Shown piece by piece: positions 22,035 through 30,095 of a DNA stretch of 64,000 nt. The stretch comes from an uncultured Verrucomicrobiae bacterium (GTDB lineage: Bacteria > Verrucomicrobiota > Verrucomicrobiia > Chthoniobacterales > UBA10450). The notes below the pieces were generated by a model. It saw nothing but the letters and a program-made list of their open reading frames with translations, searched no databases and was not told where the DNA came from. Each line of letters opens with the position of its first letter. Within the stretch, counting starts at the first letter, position 1. Where the stretch lies: positions 64,001-128,000 of the forward strand of contig CAVYXA010000001.1 in NCBI GenBank assembly GCA_963772365.1, in the 5' to 3' direction. The translations under genes and the position numbers were made by a program.

Positions 22035-23534
22035 CTATTCTTGCCGCCCCGCTTCGGTGACGCGGATATAGCGGCGGAAAACAATCAATCCAAGCGGCGC
22101 GACAGATGCGGCCAGTGCAAAGATTAACCACATGCCGGCCGGCCGACGCGGACCACGCTCCGGAACAAACGCTGCCAGCAGCCAGCCTCCCGTTCCCACC
22201 AGAAGTTTACCCACGAGAAATGGCAGATACGCGAGTGAACCATAGGAGGCTTCCTGTCCTTTTGGGGCAATTGCAGCAGCGTATTCGTACACACGTGGAG
22301 AATAGAAGGCTTCGCCGATCGAAAATACGGCCAGATAAAGCGCCGACATTATGTAGTACGGATGAATGGCGCCGGACAAGCCAAGGTAGCTGTGGCCGAG
22401 CCATTGTCCCGGAGCGCTGTCGGTGGCAGCGCGAAACCAGTCTGTTGGCAACGCCATTATAAAAACACTAGCCGCGCAGATAATGCTGCCGATCACGACC
22501 ATTCGATACGCTGCAAATTTTTGCGTCAACGCGCCGACGACCGGGACCAGAAATATAATTATGATCGCATTGATGTTTGCCAGTTTTCCCACGGGAGCAT
22601 AGAGGCCAAGCTCGCGAATTCCGAATTTCGGAAAGACATAATCCATTTGCAGAAAGATAGCTTTGAGAAAGCCGATGAAGAGGAAAAAGGTCAGCAATCG
22701 GTAAAAACCCGATTGACCAATCAACCGTCGGAAAAGATCGGCAGTATCAACCGCACTTTTCCGCACCGTTTCACTAACGCCGCTCCAAAACGGTGGGGCG
22801 ACCGTTGGCACCTTGTCGATCTTAACGCCCTTGTCCCTCCGTTCCGCGCCGCGGCGAAGAAAGTAAATCGTGGGAAACAGGAGGACCTCGAATGCGAGGC
22901 TGACCAGGAACAGTTGTTCATAGCTGCTTGGTTGAAATCCGAAAATGCTGAAACGCAGATGCAGTTGTCGGGTGTAATCGAAAATCCAACCGGCAGCGAC
23001 GTAGCCGACATTCATGATCATGTAGATGATCGAGAATGAGATCGAACGCTGCGCAGTTGTAGAATAACACCGCGTCGCCGCGAGTAGCACTGGAGTTCCC
23101 AGTGCTTCGCCTACGGCTAGTGGAAGGACGCCGCAGACGAGGGCGAGAGCCGGGATCGTCGTCGTGATCATCACGCTCCGAGCGACGGTGCAAATCGCCA
23201 CGCCGAGAAAAAAAGTGCGGCGTAAACCGATCGCATCCGTCAACGAACCGGCGACTAAGGTGAATACAGTCATGGCCGGCGCCCAAACCCAGCCGACGAG
23301 CGCGCCTGCCGCCTGGTCGCTGTAGCCGAGGTCTTTCGACAACCACAGCACCATTGTCTTGTTCGTGATCGAGTAAGCGGTGTAGATGAAGAACTTGATC
23401 AGGAACGTGAGCCACAGCTCGCGCTGCGCACCCTTGAGCACAGTGAACTTTTGGATGAACGCTCCAAAACCGCGCGGGGCGACCGGCGGAACGTTTTCCT
23501 CCGCTGGTACCGCACTTTTCGTGATCTCCGCCAC
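22035..23534 (-). CDS. MFS transporter (POT-like)
   Basis: GSLTDAIGLRR motif A, FSIGEAFYSPR..APKG. Confidence 0.85.
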   Translation of the reverse strand: MAEITKSAVPAEENVPPVAPRGFGAFIQKFTVLKGAQRELWLTFLIKFFIYTAYSITNKTMVLWLSKDLGYSDQAAGALVGWVWAPAMTVFTLVAGSLTDAIGLRRTFFLGVAICTVARSVMITTTIPALALVCGVLPLAVGEALGTPVLLAATRCYSTTAQRSISFSIIYMIMNVGYVAAGWIFDYTRQLHLRFSIFGFQPSSYEQLFLVSLAFEVLLFPTIYFLRRGAERRDKGVKIDKVPTVAPPFWSGVSETVRKSAVDTADLFRRLIGQSGFYRLLTFFLFIGFLKAIFLQMDYVFPKFGIRELGLYAPVGKLANINAIIIIFLVPVVGALTQKFAAYRMVVIGSIICAASVFIMALPTDWFRAATDSAPGQWLGHSYLGLSGAIHPYYIMSALYLAVFSIGEAFYSPRVYEYAAAIAPKGQEASYGSLAYLPFLVGKLLVGTGGWLLAAFVPERGPRRPAGMWLIFALAASVAPLGLIVFRRYIRVTEAGRQE

Positions 23535-23592
23535 AGGCGTGATCTTCAGCGAAAAGTTCGCCGCCGTCGAATAAGATGACGATTACGAGCTG

Positions 23593-23729
23593 AAGCGGAT
23601 CCGCCGAAACAAGAGCGGACAGTTCAAGAAAAAGGTGTAGGTTGGCCGGTCCTTGGCCTCGGATAGACGCACGAAGGCAAAACGAAAGTGGAAGAAGGGC
23701 AGGGCGATCGCGGCGACGTGTCGCGTTAG
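23593..23729 (+). pseudogene. Decayed small basic protein gene (RR..GQFK..VGRSLA.DRR..GQGDRGD type)
   Basis: KRIRRNKSGQFKKKV*VGRSLASDRRTKAK then GQGDRGD in a shifted frame. Confidence 0.5.
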
Positions 23730-23802
23730 CAGCGTGCGTTCTGTGAAAAGGACGCTCGAATGAATCCGAACTTTCCAGCTTGTCGAATCAGCGGAAAGTA
23801 AA

Positions 23803-23830
23803 AGAGCGGGAATTTTTCAATTCCCGCCCT
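23803..23830 (-). terminator. Rho-independent terminator
   Basis: gcgggaatt-tttc-aattcccgc hairpin followed by TCTTTT on minus strand. Confidence 0.6.
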
Positions 23831-23848
23831 TCCCTAACAGATGCGTTG

Positions 23849-24007
23849 CTATCGTCCGCTTTGCTGTTGACCGCCGCCGGGCTGGCCCCCACGCTCCTCG
23901 CGCCGTTCCTGTCCACCGCCCTGTTGCCCGCCACCTTGGCCGCCGCCAGCAGGCTTGGTTGGGTCATTTGGTTTGGTTGGATCATTTGGGTTGCGTTGTG
24001 TTTCCAT
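23849..24007 (-). CDS. 52-aa Gly/Gln-rich hydrophilic small protein
   Basis: METQRNPNDPTKPNDPTKPAGGGQGGGQQ..; purine-rich leader and downstream terminator; below ORF-track cutoff. Confidence 0.55.
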   Translation of the reverse strand: METQRNPNDPTKPNDPTKPAGGGQGGGQQGGGQERREERGGQPGGGQQQSGR

Positions 24008-24159
24008 TTTAGTCTCTTTCTTTAGGTTAGTTGGGTTAACGGATCGGTCGTGTTCAACCGTTCTCTATCCTAAATCGAACCTGGTGCGGCATGCGGTTTC
24101 ACAATTCAACGCGCGTCGTGTCCCGATTGCTTTTCGCGCGACTAACTTTTGGTCCGAGA

Positions 24160-25065
24160 CTAATCTTGCGCGTTCACCTGTTCTATCGTTGTGCCAAAGT
24201 CTTTCGCCGCGTATTCGCGAAATTTTTCTTCGAGCACAGCCAAGTTTGAGAAAGTCCCGGCATAACTGCGGGCGAACGCGATTTCGAATGCTTGATGATG
24301 ACCCATCAAATCGAGCAGCAGCAGGAAATCTCGTTTGTCTGTCTTCGCTAGAAATCGCACCAGCCGTTCCGATTCATTGTAGAAAAGCTCGACATCGTCA
24401 GAGGGAACCTGGGTCATGGCAACAAGCTTGGGAATAGGAATCATCTCGCCTGGCGCAATCGCCTCCGAATGTGGCTTCGCAATGTAACCGCGAGCCCGCT
24501 GATAACTCGCGTGCGCGGCTTTGGAAATGTACTGGGCCAGACCTTCATTCAGCCAAAGGGCGATTCCCTCGGGATAAAACCGGTGCACGACCAAATGCAC
24601 AATCTCGTGACCAAGGCTGTTGTCGCTAAATCGATAGGCCGGGTTGCGCTGGATAAAAAGGCTGCCCATGGAATGAATGCCGCCTGTCCACGGCTCCAGT
24701 TTCCCGAACGCCTGAAATTGTCGCCAATCTTCTGGACGCTCAAAGATGTAGATGTGCGATTTGATGTCGCCCGGCGGCTGGTCGCGTTCCAGTTCTTTGG
24801 CAATTACGCGATAATGAAATTCGGCCTCTACCGAAATCGGTGTGGCCACATAGCTGTGGACGAAATGATAGATGAAATGCTCGGTCTCAGCGTGTTTCCA
24901 TTCGTCCGGATGAATGGCCAGCGCTTTTTCCCCCAGCGGATTCGGGTCGCGCTGGCTCAACTGATCGAAGGCGATTTCCGGAAGTGAGTTTAATTGAGCA
25001 TCGACCGGATGGATCCATGCTGTCGCCGTCAGCACGCCGATGAATAGGATCTGAGCGACTCGCAT
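24160..25065 (-). CDS. Secreted zincin/peptidase MA-like protein
   Basis: Signal peptide from ATG 25065; HEIVH..WLNEGLAQY. Confidence 0.7.
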   Translation of the reverse strand: MRVAQILFIGVLTATAWIHPVDAQLNSLPEIAFDQLSQRDPNPLGEKALAIHPDEWKHAETEHFIYHFVHSYVATPISVEAEFHYRVIAKELERDQPPGDIKSHIYIFERPEDWRQFQAFGKLEPWTGGIHSMGSLFIQRNPAYRFSDNSLGHEIVHLVVHRFYPEGIALWLNEGLAQYISKAAHASYQRARGYIAKPHSEAIAPGEMIPIPKLVAMTQVPSDDVELFYNESERLVRFLAKTDKRDFLLLLDLMGHHQAFEIAFARSYAGTFSNLAVLEEKFREYAAKDFGTTIEQVNAQD

Positions 25066-25362
25066 CCAGTTGGAGACAGCGATTTCTGTGCGAGCTCTTC
25101 GGAAGTGACGATCCATCTTTTGTGTGCGAGTTTTGAACGTGCTGGCCGTGTCGCGCCGAACGTAATTAAGCGCGCTGGCAAACCAAAACGTCGCGAGGCG
25201 TTGAATTCGAAAGCGACGCGAGGACACGCCGCAGCCAAAGCGAAGGCGGGTCACATAGCTCTCCGGGGCTGGTGGCTCGGCAGCCTTCGAATTTCCACGC
25301 AGCCTCGCGCTCAAGCGGATCAGTCCCCTTGTCGCCCTTCCCGAGCCGTGTTTACATCGACA

Positions 25363-26340
25363 ATGCGATCCCGATGGAAACAGCTGCGTTACCGGTTGGA
25401 GCATGCTGCTCTGGTTCTGGCCACGAAGCTGGTTCCATTGCTGCCGCGCAAATGTTGTCTCATCCTGGCTCGCGTTTTCGGATGGCTGATGTCTATCCTG
25501 GACCGGCGCAGCTTTCGGGTCGCTGTCAGTAACCTCGAAGCGGCCTTCGGCGACCAGTATACCGAAAGCGAGCGCCGCAAAATCGCGCGCGAATCCTTCC
25601 AGCATTTCGCCCGCAGCGCCGTCGATCTCCTCTGGAGTCCGCGTCTGACGCGCCAGAATATTTCGCGATTTGTTGAGCTGGAAAATTTCGAGGAAATCGC
25701 ACGCAGCACCGGCCCGGAACGCAGCCTGATGATCGCCTGTTTTCACTACAGCAATTTCGAATGGCTTAGTCTGGCCTGCGCCTATTTTGGATTGGAGGGC
25801 GCGATCATTACGCAAGAATTCAAAAATTCATCGCTCGAGCCGGTCTTTAGACGAATCCGGGAACGTTCCGGACATAAAATGGTGCCGCGCGAACGTGGCA
25901 TCATGCAGCTTTACAAGATCGCCCGGCGCAAAGGTCGCATCGCGTTGCTTGTCGATCTTACGGTTCCGCCCCGGCGAGGAGGAGTGGCGATCGAATGCTT
26001 TGGCTTAAAGACGAGCGTGACTGCCGCCCATGTCTGGTTGCACGACAAAACAGGTATTCCTCTTGTTCCAGCCCATTGTGAACCGTTGCCCGACGGTCGA
26101 TATCGGATCGTCTTTCATCCAAAGATTGAGATCGCCCCGGGCCAGGCGCATGAACACGTGGCGCAGCTTTGCTGGAATTCATTCGAACCGTATGTCCGTA
26201 ACAATCCCGCGCCATGGCTCTGGATGTACAAACATTGGCGGTATCGCCCGGCCAAGGCGACAAGACCGTATCCGTTTTATTCGGGTTTTTCCTGGAAGTT
26301 TGAGGCGCTGTTGGGAAATACCAAACCGGCCGCCGGTTGA
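25363..26340 (+). CDS. Lipid A acyltransferase (LpxL/HtrB family)
   Basis: NLEAAFG, HYSNFE, ALLVD, PAPWLWMYKHWR. Confidence 0.85.
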   Translation: MRSRWKQLRYRLEHAALVLATKLVPLLPRKCCLILARVFGWLMSILDRRSFRVAVSNLEAAFGDQYTESERRKIARESFQHFARSAVDLLWSPRLTRQNISRFVELENFEEIARSTGPERSLMIACFHYSNFEWLSLACAYFGLEGAIITQEFKNSSLEPVFRRIRERSGHKMVPRERGIMQLYKIARRKGRIALLVDLTVPPRRGGVAIECFGLKTSVTAAHVWLHDKTGIPLVPAHCEPLPDGRYRIVFHPKIEIAPGQAHEHVAQLCWNSFEPYVRNNPAPWLWMYKHWRYRPAKATRPYPFYSGFSWKFEALLGNTKPAAG

Positions 26341-26374
26341 CAAAAGGCCGCGCGCCTCGAATGATTTTGGCGCT

Positions 26375-27034
26375 ATGAGAACCGTTCCCCAGCTTATCAC
26401 TATCGCCGCCGCGCTTGCTTTGTTCACCGGATGCCAGACCGGTGGCCTCGTTTCCCGAGGCGGACCCTACCACGTGACTGCTCTCCGGCCGCACGATCCA
26501 TCCGACGTCCGAGTAAAAGTTTCGCTGTCCAAGCAAAATATTTACGTCATGGAAGGCGACCGTTGTTTGATGGCGGTGGCCTGTTCTGTCGGAACTTCCG
26601 AGAAACCGACCCCGAAAGGCAATTTCAAAATTTACAGCAAGATTGAGCATAAGCGGTCGGGCTCATACGGATTCAGCGTGCACGGCAACACCGTTGTGCC
26701 GACGACCGCCGGCGGTGCGTCCGGTCGTTATGTCGGTTATCCAATGGGTTTCTGGTGCGAATTTGCGCCAGCCTACGGATTTCATCAGGGCTTCGTTCAT
26801 CCCACGCCGCGGACGCATGGTTGTATTCGGCTCAAGGGCGAAGCCGCGCCGAAATTTTATGCGCTGATGCGGATTGGAACGCCCGTCAATATCGCAACAA
26901 CTCAGCCCGAAGACGAAACGATCGGCCCGAAGGTGCAACGGGTGGATGACTCCAGACTTCCAGATCCCGATCCGCGCTTTATGATTTCCGACGCGGCGTT
27001 CCAAAAGCCGAGCGGCGAATTGCTGGAGCAGTAA
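26375..27034 (+). CDS. L,D-transpeptidase (YkuD) lipoprotein
   Basis: Lipobox FTGC; PTPKGNFKI; GFH..THGCIRL. Confidence 0.88.
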   Translation: MRTVPQLITIAAALALFTGCQTGGLVSRGGPYHVTALRPHDPSDVRVKVSLSKQNIYVMEGDRCLMAVACSVGTSEKPTPKGNFKIYSKIEHKRSGSYGFSVHGNTVVPTTAGGASGRYVGYPMGFWCEFAPAYGFHQGFVHPTPRTHGCIRLKGEAAPKFYALMRIGTPVNIATTQPEDETIGPKVQRVDDSRLPDPDPRFMISDAAFQKPSGELLEQ

Positions 27035-27069
27035 TCAGCAGGAGGATTATTGCCGCCAAGGCCTGGCCG

Positions 27070-27159
27070 TGTCATGTTGAGCGGAGCGAAACAATCTCCG
27101 GCTTTTCGAGTGCGGTGAGATAAAATGACGCGAGATTCTTCGCTTCGCTCAGAATGACA
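27070..27159. repeat. Palindromic intergenic element
   Basis: tgtcatgttgagcggagcgaaacaatctc...gagattcttcgcttcgctcagaatgaca inverted arms. Confidence 0.7.
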
Positions 27160-27172
27160 AACTGAGGAAATT

Positions 27173-28411
27173 ATGAGCACAAACCTGATCTCCAGCGGCA
27201 CGACGGCGCGCGAGAAAATTAATTTACGCACGCCGGACGTGATGGCGGCCGTGCAGGAACAGGTCGAATCCCATTATCGCAGCGACATCGTCGATAAAAT
27301 CCGGCGGGCCGGCGGAATTATTTCGGTAGGAAATACCACTGTGCGGCTGGCGAAACAATTCGGCTTTTGCTACGGCGTCGAGCGCGCCATCGATCTCGCC
27401 TATGCCGCGCGCAAGGTGTTCAAGGATCGCCGGCTCTTCATTGTCGGCGAAATCATTCACAATCCGGAAGTCAACCAGCAGATCGCCGCGCTCGGTATCA
27501 AGAATCTCACTGGAAAAAACAAAGAGGCTGATATCTCCGATCTCGGCCCAGATGATGTCGTCATCGTGCCGGCGTTCGGGACGGAGTTGGCGATCCAGCG
27601 ACAAATCAAAGATCGCGGCTGCCAGATTGTCGATACTACCTGCGGCGACGTGATGAGCGTCTGGAAACGGGTTCGCAAGTATGCCAGCGAATCGGCTACT
27701 TCCATCATTCACGGCAAAGCCGAACACGAAGAGACCAAAGCCACCAGCTCGCGCGCTCTCGGCGACGGCAATGGACATTATCTCGTCGTGCTCACTCTGG
27801 CCGAGACCGATTACGTTTGCGATTACATCCGGCACGGCGGGGATAAGCATGCGTTTCTGGAGAAATTCAAAGGCGCCTACTCGGCGGGATTCGATCCCGA
27901 TATCCACCTCCAAACTGTCGGCGTAGCCAATCAAACCACCATGTTGCGCGGCGAGACCGAGGAAGTGCAGCGAAGAGTCCGGAAAGCAGTTGTCGATCGT
28001 GACGGCCCCGAGCTAGCCCAAAAGAATTTCCGATTCTTCGACACCATCTGCGGCGCAACACAGGAACGTCAGGATGCGTTGCGCGAGCTTCTTAACGTGT
28101 CGATGGATTTGCTCCTGGTCGTCGGCGGTTACAACAGCTCCAACACATCGCATCTGGCCGAGATGGGCGAAGAGAAATTGCCCACCTATTTTGTACTCAA
28201 TGCCTCACGACTCGTTTCCGCGAACGAGATCAAGCATTACGATCTACACGAGAAACGCGAAGTCGTTTCCCATTTCTGGCTCCCGCCCGGCCCAGCCGTC
28301 ATTGGCATCACCGCCGGCGCATCCTGCCCGAACAATCTGATTGAAGAAACATTGATCCGCCTCTTCGAGCTACGCGGTATTTCGCGCGACCAACTTGATC
28401 TCGCCGCGTAA
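27173..28411 (+). CDS. ispH: 4-hydroxy-3-methylbut-2-enyl diphosphate reductase
   Basis: FGFCYGVERA, EIIHN, DTTC, NQTT, DTICGATQERQ, SSNT, GITAGASCP. Confidence 0.95.
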   Translation: MSTNLISSGTTAREKINLRTPDVMAAVQEQVESHYRSDIVDKIRRAGGIISVGNTTVRLAKQFGFCYGVERAIDLAYAARKVFKDRRLFIVGEIIHNPEVNQQIAALGIKNLTGKNKEADISDLGPDDVVIVPAFGTELAIQRQIKDRGCQIVDTTCGDVMSVWKRVRKYASESATSIIHGKAEHEETKATSSRALGDGNGHYLVVLTLAETDYVCDYIRHGGDKHAFLEKFKGAYSAGFDPDIHLQTVGVANQTTMLRGETEEVQRRVRKAVVDRDGPELAQKNFRFFDTICGATQERQDALRELLNVSMDLLLVVGGYNSSNTSHLAEMGEEKLPTYFVLNASRLVSANEIKHYDLHEKREVVSHFWLPPGPAVIGITAGASCPNNLIEETLIRLFELRGISRDQLDLAA

Positions 28412-28493
28412 AATCGCCTACAGCAGTTTATTTGAAGGATATTGGCATAAATCTGCGTTGCCGCGTTGATGTGCGCTGATTATTCTAAATGAC

Positions 28494-28697
28494 ATGAACT
28501 TGCGCTTGGTAGTGGAGCATGATCCGGAGAGCAAGCGCTGGGCGGCTTTCTTTCCGGAACTGCCTGGGTGCGCTTCGGCAGGTGATACCGAGCAAGAAGC
28601 GATCGACAACGCAAAGGAGGCGCTCGAACTCTGGTTTGAACCCACTCCGGCTGCGGTTCCTCCCGGCGCTAAGGTCGTGGAAGTTGCTCTTACGTGA
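28494..28697 (+). CDS. hicB: HicB-family antitoxin
   Basis: FPELPGCASAGDTEQEAIDNAKEALELW. Confidence 0.9.
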   Translation: MNLRLVVEHDPESKRWAAFFPELPGCASAGDTEQEAIDNAKEALELWFEPTPAAVPPGAKVVEVALT

Positions 28698-28912
28698 GCG
28701 AGCGGTTTCCAGTGCGCAGCGCTCGTGACGTGATTCGGGTGTTGCGCAAGCATGGTTTCGCAATGCTCCGCCAGCGCGGTAGCCATCAGAAATGGCGACA
28801 TCCCAACGGGCGGCAAGTAATCGTCGCCGTGCACGGCAACAAACCGATTCCGATCGGTACATTAAAAAGTATCATCGAAGGAAGCGGATTAACCGTGGAG
28901 CACTTTCGATAG
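28694..28912 (+). CDS. hicA: HicA-family mRNA interferase
   Basis: LRKHGF..RQRGSH..VAVH..IPIGTLKSI. Confidence 0.9.
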   Translation: MSERFPVRSARDVIRVLRKHGFAMLRQRGSHQKWRHPNGRQVIVAVHGNKPIPIGTLKSIIEGSGLTVEHFR

Positions 28913-28916
28913 AGGC

Positions 28917-29025
28917 GGCATGACCGCTGGCGCATCCTGTCCCGAATAACCTGATTGAAGAAACATTGATCCGCCTCTTCGAATTACGCGGCATTTCGCG
29001 CGAACAACTCGGACTCGCGGCGTAG
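28917..29025 (+). repeat. Diverged duplicate of ispH 3' end (28304-28411)
   Basis: 32-bp identical core ctgattgaagaaacattgatccgcctcttcga; other differences mostly at third codon positions. Confidence 0.9.
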
Positions 29026-29037
29026 GGATCATGCTTC

Positions 29038-29066
29038 AAAACCAAATTCGCGACGGCGAATTTGGT
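29038..29066 (-). terminator. Terminator at distal end of CRISPR array
   Basis: accaaattcgc-gacg-gcgaatttggt hairpin with T-run on minus strand. Confidence 0.7.
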
Positions 29067-29074
29067 CTTTCTTT

Positions 29075-29466
29075 GCGCCTCAGCATTTCTGAAATCGCGA
29101 TGACTGCGATAACGCTGCGGACGACGAGTATAACGAGAACGTATTCCCGCCTCAGCATTTCTGAAATCGCGATGACTGCGATTTTGCCCTTGGACGGCGC
29201 TGGCGAGCACTCTCTGCCGCCTCAGCATTTCTGAAATCGCGATGACTGCGATTGCTGCCGCGCCTGCTACCTGGCCGATACTACTTATCCGCCTCAGCAT
29301 TTCTGAAATCGCGATGACTGCGATGATACTTCCAAGATCGATAACGATCAATGGCATGTCCGCCTCAGCATTTCTGAAATCGCGATGACTGCGATCCGGC
29401 AGCCAAACAGTGGGCTACAACGATTTCGCGCCGCCTCAGCATTTCTGAAATCGCGATGACTGCGAT
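29075..29466 (-). CRISPR. CRISPR array, 6 x 36-bp repeats and 5 spacers (34-36 bp); repeat 5'-ATCGCAGTCATCGCGATTTCAGAAATGCTGAGGCGG-3'
   Basis: Repeats start at 29075, 29147, 29217, 29289, 29360, 29431; the 29075 copy has a terminal mismatch and an adjacent terminator, so transcription is inferred on minus. Confidence 0.97.
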
Positions 29467-29596
29467 CCACCCTGTCAATAACCGGCAACTTCCCGTGGTG
29501 TCGTTAGGCGAATATCGAGCGCACTCTCGAAATGCGATGGCCTATCGCGGTCAAAAGTCATTTGCGAGTCGGAGGACGCAACGAATTTCAGAGGTA

Positions 29597-29760
29597 ATCG
29601 CAGCCGCGCGAGCGCTGCCGCAGTAGCGCCACAGCAATCTCGCGCTCGCTAGTCTCGTTTATCGCGATTTCAAAGAGCTGCTTCTCCAATGGCGGAAGAG
29701 AAGTGGTCGGTGGCAGAGGCCTTTCGGCTTTGTTTGCCAAGCTAATTAAAGAGCGCGTTA
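29597..29760 (-). ncRNA. Predicted tracrRNA (boundaries approximate)
   Basis: Anti-repeat at 29661-29680 (12-bp perfect plus GCUG), CCGCC at 29691-29695 in a stem-loop, and a 9-nt match at 29597-29605. Confidence 0.75.
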
Positions 29761-29804
29761 GAACGATTGGCAAATTCGAAATCAACTCCGAAAGCTTTCG
29801 CGAG

Positions 29805-30095
29805 CTAGATCACAGTGACGCGCGTTCTGACTGTGTAAGGTAAACCCATCGCTTCGATGATCAGGCTTGCGTCATTTGAGCTTGGTCCAAGCGAGACGAA
29901 CAAAACCTGGTCTTCATCATGATTCAAGATTGGGTGAAGAGATGTTTTCAGATTTGCCATCCTCAGATCGTCGAGCGGACATTCGAAAACAGAGTACTGC
30001 AAGCGCACGCCAAAGCCTTCGAGGACACGCGCGACCTGTCGCAAACGTTTCGGGTTGCAAATATCGTAACTGACGAGATAGCGGAGCCGGCTCAT
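29805..30095 (-). CDS. cas2: CRISPR-associated Cas2
   Basis: YLVSYDI..KRLRQV..GVRLQYSVFEC; ATG 30095 overlaps cas1 stop. Confidence 0.95.
   Translation of the reverse strand: MSRLRYLVSYDICNPKRLRQVARVLEGFGVRLQYSVFECPLDDLRMANLKTSLHPILNHDEDQVLFVSLGPSSNDASLIIEAMGLPYTVRTRVTVI

Noticed and set aside
21640..22071. 143-aa ORF between pqiA and MFS
   Set aside because: No recognisable motif, overlaps the MFS end; may hide a short or decayed gene but not supportable
24160..25815. 551-aa ORF overlapping the acyltransferase
   Set aside because: The N-terminal 250 aa are antisense shadow; signal peptide begins at 25065
28970..28978. ccgcctc shared by the ispH tail and CRISPR repeat end
   Set aside because: Only 7-8 bp and constrained by ispH coding
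28872..29357. 161-aa ORF with repeated AVIAISEMLRR
   Set aside because: Translation of the CRISPR repeats, not a gene
29588..29785. 65-aa ORF between cas2 and the array
   Set aside because: Coincides with the predicted tracrRNA; no protein features
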